DNA of 47,150 nucleotides from a virus (IMGVR_UViG_3300012988_000020:1-47150), one strand, 5' to 3'. Positions 8,404 to 16,113 are shown, counted from the first letter of the stretch. Notes: a model not told the origin generated them from the letters alone. Program-made: numbers and translations.

Positions 8404-8943
8404 ATGTCGCAGTATGAAGACGATCGATCCTATGGGCGCAATACCTCGCCCTATGGTCCTGTGCGTCGCTACGGGCCCAACCCAAGGCCTCGCAATGTCT
8501 TCGCTAGGTCTGAGTACATCTCGTCGAGGATGACAGAGGCTATGGACTCAGACACTGTTCGAAGCATGGCTTCACGACTGAAGAATGAGATCGACCCGTG
8601 CTGGCTGGACGAGAAGCTTCGTACCATGGGAGTGCCCGCCAAGGATCGTATTCACCTCTTCTCCATCATTGAGGAGGAGCAGGAGAGTCAGCGGCGCAAG
8701 GAGCGGATTGAGATGACCGCGACCGAGCTCATCGAGTACTGGTCGAACTTCGAGGGTTCTCGTCTGCGCATGCGCGGTGCCTACCTCAACAATGGGTGGC
8801 TCACCGACGTGATGGCGTCCAACCAGCGTTCGAAGTATCAGAGCGACCAGGACATTCTCGTGGTTCATGATGGAAAGGCGCACTACTTCCTTCCGGGCAC
8901 CATTGTGACTGTCTGGCCGAACTACGTCGATGACGAAGAGTAA
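8404..8943 (+). CDS. hypothetical protein
   Basis: AGGAG RBS; 179 aa. Confidence 0.7.
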   Translation: MSQYEDDRSYGRNTSPYGPVRRYGPNPRPRNVFARSEYISSRMTEAMDSDTVRSMASRLKNEIDPCWLDEKLRTMGVPAKDRIHLFSIIEEEQESQRRKERIEMTATELIEYWSNFEGSRLRMRGAYLNNGWLTDVMASNQRSKYQSDQDILVVHDGKAHYFLPGTIVTVWPNYVDDEE

Positions 8944-9241
8944 GGGTCCGCATATCTCTGTCTTCCGTGTACGTAAGGCGGAAGATGGGGAGACCGCACG
9001 ACCTTCTTTCAAGGACGATGAGTACTACGTTCTCACAGAGTTAGACGGCATCCCCGTCACAGGTAAGCCGGTTTTGATTACGGTTCGCAGGGAGCGTGGC
9101 GTACCTCGTCTAGTGTATATCGGTGGCTCGTGGCCTCTGTATGAGACGTGGGTCTATGATCTAGACAACAACCTCATCGCTCACTTTGGCGGGCATATGT
9201 TGGAGAAGGAGCTCGATCGAGAGCGGTTCCAAAACAACTGA
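8930..9241 (+). CDS. hypothetical protein
   Basis: 103-aa overlapping ORF. Confidence 0.6.
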   Translation: MTKSKGPHISVFRVRKAEDGETARPSFKDDEYYVLTELDGIPVTGKPVLITVRRERGVPRLVYIGGSWPLYETWVYDLDNNLIAHFGGHMLEKELDRERFQNN

Positions 9242-9245
9242 TCTA

Positions 9246-9290
9246 CAGGTCGGCTTCAGGGTACTAGAGGGATATCCTGGGGCCGACCTG
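9246..9290. other. long intergenic stem-loop
   Basis: caggtcggcttcagg ... cctggggccgacctg inverted repeat; no T tail. Confidence 0.5.
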
Positions 9291-9360
9291 GAGCTGGTTG
9301 GGGAGCATGTCATTGGAATGGCGTAGGTACGCATCATACACCACTATTTAGGAGCGCATT

Positions 9361-9711
9361 ATGAAGCTTGACATCAACATCACTCGTCGCGTGGTCGCCG
9401 GTGACTCCGTCTACAAGTTCCGCTGCCCTCTGTGTGAGGATGGCGGCATGGCTGAGATCTCTGACTACGACGCCGCGTTCATTCAGGCTCGAGCGATTAG
9501 CCACCTCAACATTGACCACAACTTCCGTATGGTCGACCTCAAGGTCCCTATCGTTGACGCGCCGAAGTGCGGTAATGAGGTTCCTTTGTCGAGAGACCTC
9601 AACCTTCGTTGCACGCTTGAGGAGCACGAGCGTCACATCAAGCATGAGAACGTCTACCGCATCGGCGCCATGAACGGCCAGCGTGTCATTGTCCAGTGGC
9701 AGGTGATCTGA
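9361..9711 (+). CDS. C2H2-type Zn-finger protein
   Basis: CPLC...HLNIDH, plus a second C..C..H..H set; AGGAG RBS. Confidence 0.7.
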   Translation: MKLDINITRRVVAGDSVYKFRCPLCEDGGMAEISDYDAAFIQARAISHLNIDHNFRMVDLKVPIVDAPKCGNEVPLSRDLNLRCTLEEHERHIKHENVYRIGAMNGQRVIVQWQVI

Positions 9712-10034
9712 TGGGTGGGGCACCTGACATCATCTACATCAACCAAGACAACAAACACTTAGCCTCTGAGTGGGCGAACTACAGTCCTGAGTTCATTGAC
9801 TGGGCGTTGTCCTCGCCCGTTCGTTTCCACAACCTGCGACTCTACTACGATAGCTATCGTGGCTCAGACGGTCAGGGGCCAGTTCGAGGGTGGCTTCTGA
9901 GCTGGGATTGGCTGCCTGGTGTGGATGAGGAGACCAAAGAGCTCATTCGACAGCGAGACGCTCGTCGGCATCCTTCAAGGCAGCTACCTACCGATGGTCC
10001 GGAGGACTTCAATGGCATCATGAGGAGACAATGA
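9711..10034 (+). CDS. hypothetical protein
   Basis: TGATG coupling at 9711. Confidence 0.6.
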   Translation: MGGAPDIIYINQDNKHLASEWANYSPEFIDWALSSPVRFHNLRLYYDSYRGSDGQGPVRGWLLSWDWLPGVDEETKELIRQRDARRHPSRQLPTDGPEDFNGIMRRQ

Positions 10035-10309
10035 TGGGAATGCATGACGAGTACGGTCGAGGCGTTGACAACGTCGGCCTTCTCACAGAGGTTGAGAAGG
10101 ATGCTATGGACACCACGTCAGCTCTGTGGGCACAGCTCAATGAGGTGGTGGCACAGGGCGTAAGTCGTGACTCTGACCTAAAGGAAGCGATGTTCCATAT
10201 CCACGGGTTGCAGCGAATGATCATGTCGCAGGCGGCCGCACGTGCATATCCTTCTGACTACCGGCTGCTGGGGACATCGTTTGGGAACCAGTCGGTGGAC
10301 AAGGCGTAG
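10031..10309 (+). CDS. hypothetical protein
   Basis: GAGGAG RBS; helical 92 aa. Confidence 0.7.
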   Translation: MMGMHDEYGRGVDNVGLLTEVEKDAMDTTSALWAQLNEVVAQGVSRDSDLKEAMFHIHGLQRMIMSQAAARAYPSDYRLLGTSFGNQSVDKA

Positions 10310-10320
10310 GGACGGCTGAG

Positions 10321-10500
10321 ATGGCATTTAACGCGGATAGAGTCAATGAAGCAGCCTTCGATATGGCTAAGGTATCCATGATTGAACGCGAGATTCAGCT
10401 CTCTGATCACGACCTTGAGATGGTCAGATGGGGCGTTTCTTGTGGTGTTTTGGCTGCACTCGAGGCTGTCAACGCTAACTTCCACGTGTATAATAAGTGA
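10321..10500 (+). CDS. small hypothetical protein (59 aa, not in ORF track)
   Basis: MAFNADRVNEAAFDMAKVSMIEREIQLSDHDLEMVRWGVSCGVLAALEAVNANFHVYNK. Confidence 0.5.
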   Translation: MAFNADRVNEAAFDMAKVSMIEREIQLSDHDLEMVRWGVSCGVLAALEAVNANFHVYNK

Positions 10501-10875
10501 GGGCGATTCGTGCTTCAATGGTTAAGACGTGCAAAAAGTGGGCAAATTTGCGTGATTCGAGGGTGTAGTCGTCAAGCTAAGTGGTGTGGATGGTGCAGTT
10601 ACCACTGCCAAGATGACTCCAAAAAGAGGACAAAATAGGCCTCTACATGTATAATAAGTGGGGTTACAGATGTGACTGATGTTACGAATGTGACTAAAGT
10701 ATACTTGTGATACGGTATTCTCGGTCAAAAACCCACTTTTATATACTTTCACTTATAATCCTAACGGGACTTATTATGTATACAGGTAGTCGTTAACCCA
10801 TACTTACTGTATGCATAATATGTTTATTTTCTAATGAAACTTTTAAACATGTTTTTGGGCAGATTTCTGGGCAGA
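10501..10875. other. AT-rich non-coding region, candidate replication origin or control region
   Basis: sharp AT enrichment; direct repeats gttacagatgtgact and gttacgaatgtgact (10663-10695); aaaagtggg/cccactttt inverted pair; tgggcaga twice. Confidence 0.5.
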
Positions 10876-10888
10876 AAGGATAAAGGCG

Positions 10889-11224
10889 ATCTTTGAGGGA
10901 GAAGAGTGGCGGGAGATCGTCGGTTATCCGAACTATCTCGTAAATCAGTTCAGCGATATTTGGAACATTCGATCTCATCGTTTTCTCAAACAAACACTGA
11001 ATGGCGGTTACTACAAAGTTAACCTACTCAACGAGTTCGGAATAAACAAGTTACTTGTACACCGGCTCGTGGCCTACGCTTTCGTTCCAGGTCGAACTGA
11101 ACGTCGAAAGTGGGTTAACCACATCGATGGCGATAAAACTTATAATTACTTTGAGAACCTAGAGTGGGTTACGCCCGTTGAGAACATGGATCATGCCTTT
11201 CGCATGGGCCTTAGTAGATGGTAG
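10889..11224 (+). CDS. NUMOD4-HNH endonuclease (no canonical start; ATC start or mutated start)
   Basis: Hand translation: EEWREIVGYPNYLVNQ...LVHRLVAYAF...VNHIDGDKTYNYFENLEWVTPVENMDHA; AGAAAGGA 8 nt before in-frame ATC; in-frame stop at 10844. Confidence 0.75.
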   Translation: MFEGEEWREIVGYPNYLVNQFSDIWNIRSHRFLKQTLNGGYYKVNLLNEFGINKLLVHRLVAYAFVPGRTERRKWVNHIDGDKTYNYFENLEWVTPVENMDHAFRMGLSRW

Positions 11225-11232
11225 GAGGTGTT

Positions 11233-11550
11233 GTGCCGGAATACGAAGAGTGGCGATACGTCATGAACTTCCCCGAGTATGTCATTAGTAACCTCGGCAA
11301 CATCCGTCGAGCTGGCGGACAGATGGGTCGACCTTTGAGTCTGCACGCTGATGAGAACGGTAACGTCTTCGTCATGCTTGCTGCGGACGGCAACGAACGT
11401 CGACGACTTCGACTCGACAAGATCGTCGCTGCTTCATTCCTCCCTCCCGTTCGAGGCCGAGCGATGTCGCAAGAAATCATTCACCTTGATGGTAATCGAT
11501 CTAACTGTCGGTCGGACAACCTAGCGTGGCCAACCAAGGAGCGTAGATGA
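11233..11550 (+). CDS. NUMOD4-HNH protein, truncated or degenerate
   Basis: EEWRYVMNFPEYVISNLG; HLDGNRSNCRSDNLAW; ends before the final HNH helix. Confidence 0.8.
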   Translation: MPEYEEWRYVMNFPEYVISNLGNIRRAGGQMGRPLSLHADENGNVFVMLAADGNERRRLRLDKIVAASFLPPVRGRAMSQEIIHLDGNRSNCRSDNLAWPTKERR

Positions 11551-11744
11551 GAATCACGATTAACCTTGAGAGATCGATGCCGTATGACGATTTAATCCTT
11601 CTTAACGGAGAGATTGGCGACTACGTTACTCTCGAACTCACGAAAGAGAAGGATTCGCCCCTTCACGAGAAGAAAGTAAGCATCATTCTGTCGCCATATG
11701 ACGTCAGAAGGCTTCAGAGGGCCCTTAACGCCCTTGGGGAGTAG
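11547..11744 (+). CDS. hypothetical protein
   Basis: ATGA overlap; AAGGAG RBS. Confidence 0.65.
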   Translation: MRITINLERSMPYDDLILLNGEIGDYVTLELTKEKDSPLHEKKVSIILSPYDVRRLQRALNALGE

Positions 11745-11746
11745 AT

Positions 11747-11962
11747 ATGGACACTTGCTCCTTCGAAGGCCTGGAAGTGTCTCAGATCGCCCCAGACGAC
11801 GTCTCTACGGCATGTCCGTCGGGTTGTCAGGAGGCTGCGTGTTGTCTGACCTCCGAAAGAGGAGAGAAGTACGAAAGATGTCTAGCTCAGCTGCGTAGGC
11901 GGCTTGGAGGAGATCCGGAGCCCGGCGATGTCTGTGGTTCCTGTGGAACGAGCTGGCAATAG
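11747..11962 (+). CDS. small Cys-rich protein
   Basis: 8 Cys in 71 aa; GGGGAG RBS. Confidence 0.5.
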   Translation: MDTCSFEGLEVSQIAPDDVSTACPSGCQEAACCLTSERGEKYERCLAQLRRRLGGDPEPGDVCGSCGTSWQ

Positions 11963-11969
11963 GAGGACC

Positions 11970-12476
11970 ATGATCCATCTAGAAGAGTGGGTCGCAATCG
12001 AGGATTTTCCTGAGTACGTTGTTAGTAATCTCGGGCATATCCAACACAAGGATCGTCCAAACACAAACCGTAAGGTTGGGATCAATCATCAAGGCTTCCC
12101 GACCATCGTGCTGTTTCGAGGGCAGACGCGTTATGTTCGCCACGTCAATCGTGTGGTGGCATTAGCGTTTCTCAATCCGCCTACCCATCGAGACGAAACC
12201 GCAGTATGGCATATTGATGGTGATCTCCTCAACTGTCAAGCCGACAACCTAGCGTGGGACCGTCGTGACCGTGTGCTCGAATGGAACGAGATGCATCGCA
12301 CAGGCCAGCCTCGCTACAAGACACGTAACGTGATGGACAACTCTACCGGTCGCATCTACACCAGCGCCTATGAGTGTGGGATGGCGGTCGGGGAGATCGA
12401 GACGTCTGTCATTACTCACATCGAGCGTTACGCAGACTACGCAGACCGCGCTAAGTTTAGGTGGGTGGAGGGGTAA
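11970..12476 (+). CDS. NUMOD4-HNH endonuclease-like protein with C-terminal DNA-binding module
   Basis: EEWVAIEDFPEYVVSNLG; HIDGDLLNCQADNLAW; TGRIYTSAYEC tail. Confidence 0.8.
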   Translation: MIHLEEWVAIEDFPEYVVSNLGHIQHKDRPNTNRKVGINHQGFPTIVLFRGQTRYVRHVNRVVALAFLNPPTHRDETAVWHIDGDLLNCQADNLAWDRRDRVLEWNEMHRTGQPRYKTRNVMDNSTGRIYTSAYECGMAVGEIETSVITHIERYADYADRAKFRWVEG

Positions 12477-12477
12477 T

Positions 12478-12654
12478 ATGCAGATTGATCTACACACAAG
12501 GCGAGGGTCGTTCGGCGCAGCTGTCGAATGTGGGCAGCGAGCGTGGCGTCCTAGATCATGGAAGAGGCATCCCAGTCAGAATTTCTTTCGTTATCGTCGG
12601 CTCAATGGTGTCATTGGTTTCGCTGTCGGCCCGCTGATGTTTTGGAGGCACTGA
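12478..12654 (+). CDS. small basic hypothetical protein
   Basis: GGAGGGG RBS; TGATG coupling to next gene. Confidence 0.55.
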   Translation: MQIDLHTRRGSFGAAVECGQRAWRPRSWKRHPSQNFFRYRRLNGVIGFAVGPLMFWRH

Positions 12655-13046
12655 TGCGCTATCCCATCTGGGAGAAGGATGACTTCTTCCAAGTAGGTGA
12701 GGATCGATACGACATGGACCCGTCCATCGTCACGTGGGAGGAGAAGGCCCTGTCTCTCTCGTGGGAGTTCAACCATCAGCAGCTACCCAAGGGTCGGGTC
12801 GAAGATATTCGTCTAGAAGAGGGCGAGATCACCGGCGAGGTCATCTTCACCGATCCGCAGATTACTGATGAGATGATCAAGGATCTGGGTCTTCGGTTCG
12901 GCGGCTACTACACGCCTGTCGAGAAGGAGAACGGCGTGGTGACCAAGGCTCGTCTCAGAGCAGTGTCATTGGTCTTCGCCAAACCAGGCGCAGCCAATCC
13001 GTACATCACTCCTGGACAGAATCCAGGAGTGCACATCGACAAGTAG
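12654..13046 (+). CDS. second degenerate HK97-type prohead protease paralogue
   Basis: LSWEFNHQQLPKGRV...GEITGEV...LRFGGYY...LRAVSLVFAKPGAANP follows the pattern L.xxH...G...SxG...EVSLV..PANP; Ser replaced by Gly. Confidence 0.6.
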   Translation: MRYPIWEKDDFFQVGEDRYDMDPSIVTWEEKALSLSWEFNHQQLPKGRVEDIRLEEGEITGEVIFTDPQITDEMIKDLGLRFGGYYTPVEKENGVVTKARLRAVSLVFAKPGAANPYITPGQNPGVHIDK

Positions 13047-13054
13047 GAGAAATC

Positions 13055-13261
13055 GTGGAAGAGCGAGACGATGTTTATATCTTTGATGTCGCCACGTCTC
13101 TTCACGACGACATCAAGCGCGGCGTCATTATCGGTAAGACTAGTCGGGTGACTTTGCTGAAGTCGGACTTCCCCGACTGGAGAGTGGCAGCTCAGGTAGC
13201 TGGCTGTATGGCCGCAAGCATTCATGGAGGAATGCCGACCAGTATTGATCCGATTATTTAA
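13055..13261 (+). CDS. hypothetical protein
   Basis: AGGAG RBS; GTG start. Confidence 0.6.
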   Translation: MEERDDVYIFDVATSLHDDIKRGVIIGKTSRVTLLKSDFPDWRVAAQVAGCMAASIHGGMPTSIDPII

Positions 13262-13269
13262 GGAGCATC

Positions 13270-13440
13270 ATGTCTGAGTTCGAGTCACGTTTCAATCGCA
13301 AGACAACGCTCGAGAAGATTCTGGAGCGTCGCATCAAGCAAGTGAAGAAGCTTCGCGGTGAAGGGATGTCATTTACAGCTATCGCCTTGAAGCTCGGCAT
13401 TCGTGAGTCGACGATTCGCTATTGGGCCAAGCGACCATGA
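13270..13440 (+). CDS. small HTH DNA-binding protein (56 aa, not in ORF track)
   Basis: MSEFESRFNRKTTLEKILERRIKQVKKLRGEGMSFTAIALKLGIRESTIRYWAKRP; AAGGAG RBS. Confidence 0.8.
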   Translation: MSEFESRFNRKTTLEKILERRIKQVKKLRGEGMSFTAIALKLGIRESTIRYWAKRP

Positions 13441-13649
13441 GTGGGATTGAGCTCACTGAGGAAGAGAAAGATAAGATCCGTGAAGGCTTCGACGCTTGGG
13501 GGCACGACTACACTGAGCTATATCCTGTAGTGGAAGAGATAGTAGAAAATCGAATGCGCAGCGATACGGTGGTTGCTTCAGCAAATAATGAGGACGACCT
13601 TTGCCCCCATGGTCTTCGAGGTGCAGACTCTTGTTGGAGTCGAAAGTAG
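13437..13649 (+). CDS. hypothetical protein
   Basis: ATGA overlap at 13437. Confidence 0.6.
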   Translation: MSGIELTEEEKDKIREGFDAWGHDYTELYPVVEEIVENRMRSDTVVASANNEDDLCPHGLRGADSCWSRK

Positions 13650-13663
13650 TAGAAAAGACGGAC

Positions 13664-13697
13664 GAGAGGCGCCCTGGAAACAGGGCGTTCTCTTTTT
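13664..13697 (+). terminator. intrinsic terminator
   Basis: gagaggcgccctg-GAAA-cagggcgttctc-ttttt. Confidence 0.85.
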
Positions 13698-13699
13698 GC

Positions 13700-13726
13700 T
13701 CGCGTGGGAAACAAGGACTGTAATGA
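13700..13726 (+). promoter_or_regulatory. cassette promoter-like motif, copy 3
   Basis: TCGCG-tggg-AAAC-aaggac-TGTAATGA. Confidence 0.75.
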
Positions 13727-13751
13727 GACCCTACTACCCGAAGGAACCATC

Positions 13752-13877
13752 ATGTTTGAGAACGTCAATGCCATGCTCATGCTCGCCGCCGTCACCGCCA
13801 CCTCCCCTGAGGCGGAGGAGAAGGTCGAGCAGACTTGGCAGCAGCACGTTGCCCTACAGAACATCCTGTCCAAGTAA
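13752..13877 (+). CDS. small cassette protein (41 aa, not in ORF track)
   Basis: MFENVNAMLMLAAVTATSPEAEEKVEQTWQQHVALQNILSK; GAAGGA RBS; lies between promoter and hairpin. Confidence 0.65.
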   Translation: MFENVNAMLMLAAVTATSPEAEEKVEQTWQQHVALQNILSK

Positions 13878-13886
13878 CCCCAACTC

Positions 13887-13920
13887 AAAACCAACAGCCC
13901 CTAACACGGGCTTAGGTTTT
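13887..13920 (+). terminator. hairpin terminator (CTAACAC loop)
   Basis: aaaacc-aac-agccc-CTAACAC-gggct-ta-ggtttt. Confidence 0.7.
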
Positions 13921-13922
13921 GC

Positions 13923-13949
13923 TCGCGTGGGAAACAAGGGTTGTAATGA
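13923..13949 (+). promoter_or_regulatory. cassette promoter-like motif, copy 4
   Basis: TCGCG-tggg-AAAC-aagggt-TGTAATGA. Confidence 0.75.
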
Positions 13950-13980
13950 CAACCATCACATATCTACCAAGGAGTATACC

Positions 13981-14262
13981 ATGTCCCGTACCAACTACGG
14001 AACGCGAGTTACGCCGGAGAATGTTGAGCAGATCATATCCTTCGTTAAGGACTTTGACCTTAACGTCGACTACATCAAGGACAACCTGGAGTACCACACC
14101 GAAGACGGTGACGTACTCTACGTCATCTTCAGCTGTAACGACGAGACAGGCAACAAGACTTTCACGGAGATGATCGAGCCCGACTTCTTCGCGAGCTGGC
14201 GCTTCGTCCACCCGGAGACCACCACCGCCCCCTGGCTCCAGATCATTGATCGGAACCTCTAA
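13981..14262 (+). CDS. acidic cassette protein (93 aa)
   Basis: AAGGAG RBS then ATG 13981; real start of track ORF 13573..14262. Confidence 0.75.
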   Translation: MSRTNYGTRVTPENVEQIISFVKDFDLNVDYIKDNLEYHTEDGDVLYVIFSCNDETGNKTFTEMIEPDFFASWRFVHPETTTAPWLQIIDRNL

Positions 14263-14294
14263 ACCCAACAGCCCCTAACACGGGCTTAGGTTTT
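14261..14294 (+). terminator. hairpin terminator (near-identical to 13887-13920)
   Basis: aaacccaacagcccctaacacgggcttaggtttt. Confidence 0.7.
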
Positions 14295-14296
14295 GC

Positions 14297-14323
14297 TCGC
14301 GTCGAAAACTCGCATTGTAATGA
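14297..14323 (+). promoter_or_regulatory. cassette promoter-like motif, copy 5
   Basis: TCGCG-tcga-AAAC-tcgcat-TGTAATGA. Confidence 0.75.
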
Positions 14324-14348
14324 CACCCAACTACAATTAGGAGACCTC

Positions 14349-14558
14349 ATGTTTGAGACCGTTTCTGTAGGTCAGGTCCGCAAAGGACAGATCATTCGCT
14401 GGGGTATGCAAGACTGGATTGTCCAAAAGGCTGAGACCAATATTCTCGGCCAGATGGACATCTGGCTCATCGCACCAGGCGAACCCGGTCGTCCCAAGCA
14501 CGGACACATGACCTTCAACGAAGACGAATTCAAGAATGAGCTCTGGCTAATCAGCTAG
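14349..14558 (+). CDS. small cassette protein (possible SH3-like beta fold)
   Basis: AGGAG RBS; VGQVRKGQII pattern. Confidence 0.7.
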   Translation: MFETVSVGQVRKGQIIRWGMQDWIVQKAETNILGQMDIWLIAPGEPGRPKHGHMTFNEDEFKNELWLIS

Positions 14559-14568
14559 GCTCGTCCCC

Positions 14569-14602
14569 AACCGACGCCCTTATTACAAGGGCTTAGGTTT
14601 TT
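14569..14602 (+). terminator. hairpin terminator
   Basis: aaccgac-gccctt-ATTAC-aagggc-ttaggttttt. Confidence 0.7.
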
Positions 14603-14604
14603 GC

Positions 14605-14631
14605 TCGCGTGAGAAACACAGGTTGTAATGA
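14605..14631 (+). promoter_or_regulatory. cassette promoter-like motif, copy 6
   Basis: TCGCG-tgag-AAAC-acaggt-TGTAATGA. Confidence 0.75.
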
Positions 14632-14655
14632 GAACCCACTACCATAGGAGCCACC

Positions 14656-14856
14656 ATGAGCAAGCCCGCCAAGTCCCGCCTGTCCCGCTTCGGTAACGGC
14701 CTCCTGACCGCAACCTCCGTCGCCGTCGACCTCCCCACCCTCACCAGGATGAGCGAGCTCGAGCGTCGCATGGATGAGCTGCAGCAGGAGTACGCCGAGC
14801 TGAACGACAAGCTGAGCAACAGCGACCGTCGCCGTCCCACCCCCTACGTCAAGTGA
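14656..14856 (+). CDS. small coiled-coil cassette protein
   Basis: AGGAG RBS; heptad helix MSELERRMDELQQEYAEL. Confidence 0.7.
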   Translation: MSKPAKSRLSRFGNGLLTATSVAVDLPTLTRMSELERRMDELQQEYAELNDKLSNSDRRRPTPYVK

Positions 14857-14861
14857 TCTAC

Positions 14862-14904
14862 AAACGAAACCCACGCCTCACAAGCCTGGTGTTTCGTTTT
14901 TTTT
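14862..14904 (+). terminator. hairpin terminator
   Basis: aaacgaaac...gtttcgttt stem plus T run. Confidence 0.75.
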
Positions 14905-14906
14905 GC

Positions 14907-14933
14907 TCGCGCTTAAAACTCGGATTGTAATGA
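14907..14933 (+). promoter_or_regulatory. cassette promoter-like motif, copy 7
   Basis: TCGCG-ctta-AAAC-tcggat-TGTAATGA. Confidence 0.75.
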
Positions 14934-14955
14934 CACCTATCCGAAAGGATCCACC

Positions 14956-15399
14956 ATGCCCAGTCACACTTATCTCGAGTTTTACAAAGGCGTCCCCAAC
15001 GTTGGGGTTCGCTCCCTTGTTGCTCAGACATGCGACGCATGTGGCCTAATTCTAGGCGCCAAGCACTACAAGAGAACACACAGGAACACCTGGCCGCGAA
15101 CTTGTACCCTATGCATCTCTCGACGCTACCGCACGAAACATCCTGAAAACGACGTTAAGTTAGCTGAAGCTCGACAGAAGACGCAAAGCGAAAGCCTCGC
15201 CACCGCATCAAACTACAACCAATTCTGGACGCTCGCCGAGCTCGACAAACTTGTCGAACTCCGAGCGCAGGGAATGGTCTATCGTGAGATCGCGATCGCG
15301 ACCAATCGAACGCTCTTCTCCATCCAAGCCGCCTTTCCGAAATTCGGACTATCAAACGGTTGGCCGTCGAGAGAAGCTTGGGCTATCAAGCTTAAGTGA
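14956..15399 (+). CDS. Zn-finger plus HTH DNA-binding cassette protein
   Basis: CDAC...CTLC; WTLAELDKLVELRAQGMVYREIAIATNRTLFSI. Confidence 0.75.
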   Translation: MPSHTYLEFYKGVPNVGVRSLVAQTCDACGLILGAKHYKRTHRNTWPRTCTLCISRRYRTKHPENDVKLAEARQKTQSESLATASNYNQFWTLAELDKLVELRAQGMVYREIAIATNRTLFSIQAAFPKFGLSNGWPSREAWAIKLK

Positions 15400-15401
15400 A
15401 C

Positions 15402-15433
15402 AGGTACTACCAGATAACTCTGGTAGTGCTTTT
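15402..15433 (+). terminator. intrinsic terminator
   Basis: aggtactaccaga-TAAC-tctggtagtgct-ttt. Confidence 0.8.
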
Positions 15434-15440
15434 CTGTCTC

Positions 15441-15467
15441 TCGCGCTCAAAACTCGGATTGTAATGA
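15441..15467 (+). promoter_or_regulatory. cassette promoter-like motif, copy 8
   Basis: TCGCG-ctca-AAAC-tcggat-TGTAATGA. Confidence 0.75.
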
Positions 15468-15499
15468 GACCCCCACCATTCCATCGAAAGGCCATTATC

Positions 15500-15799
15500 A
15501 TGCCCAAGAAGAACACCCAGAAGTCCGACATCATCGTCGCTGCCGTTGCAGCCGTGTCTGTCGCCGCAACTGCCGTCTCGATGATCCGCATTCACAAGCA
15601 GGAGTCCGCTAAGCGCAAGCAGCTCGAAATCGAAACCACACTCGAACGAGCCGCTATCGCCGCGGCCGCCAAGCAGGTGCGTGCTGACATCGATAACGGC
15701 AAGTACGACGCCAACATCGTTCAAGGCAACGTTTACGCGAAGATGACCGACGACTTCGCGTTCTACCGCATCGTGAACCGCCCCGTTCGTTCCGAGTGA
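15500..15799 (+). CDS. membrane-anchored cassette protein (99 aa)
   Basis: GAAAGG RBS, ATG 15500; hydrophobic IIVAAVAAVSVAATAVSMI. Confidence 0.7.
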   Translation: MPKKNTQKSDIIVAAVAAVSVAATAVSMIRIHKQESAKRKQLEIETTLERAAIAAAAKQVRADIDNGKYDANIVQGNVYAKMTDDFAFYRIVNRPVRSE

Positions 15800-15804
15800 A
15801 GTCC

Positions 15805-15846
15805 AAACGATAAGTCCTCGCCCACAAAGCAAGGACTTTCGTTTTT
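15805..15846 (+). terminator. hairpin terminator
   Basis: aaacga-aagtcct...aggactt-tcgttttt. Confidence 0.75.
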
Positions 15847-15851
15847 GTCTC

Positions 15852-15878
15852 TCGCGTGGGAAACACCTATTGTAATGA
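15852..15878 (+). promoter_or_regulatory. cassette promoter-like motif, copy 9
   Basis: TCGCG-tggg-AAAC-acctat-TGTAATGA. Confidence 0.75.
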
Positions 15879-15902
15879 GACCCCACAACTTTAGGAGCCC
15901 TC

Positions 15903-16103
15903 ATGGACTACAAGACAATGATCATCGACCGAGTGATCGCCGAGCTTGGAACACAGCACTGGGACTACAACAAGCGCGTAAAGCTTATCGAGGAATACTT
16001 CCTCGCCGACTTTCCGAACTATGCCAGTAGTCAGCAGATGTTGTTCGCCAAGATCTGCGACATCAACGACCTCTACCCGTCCCGCAAGCCCAAGACCAAC
16101 TAA
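15903..16103 (+). CDS. small cassette protein
   Basis: AGGAG RBS; 66 aa. Confidence 0.7.
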   Translation: MDYKTMIIDRVIAELGTQHWDYNKRVKLIEEYFLADFPNYASSQQMLFAKICDINDLYPSRKPKTN

Positions 16104-16113
16104 GTTCAACCTC

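Noticed and set aside
13573-14262. 229-aa ORF in the track
   Set aside because: It reads through a terminator, two promoter motifs and another gene in a different frame. The real gene starts at 13981.
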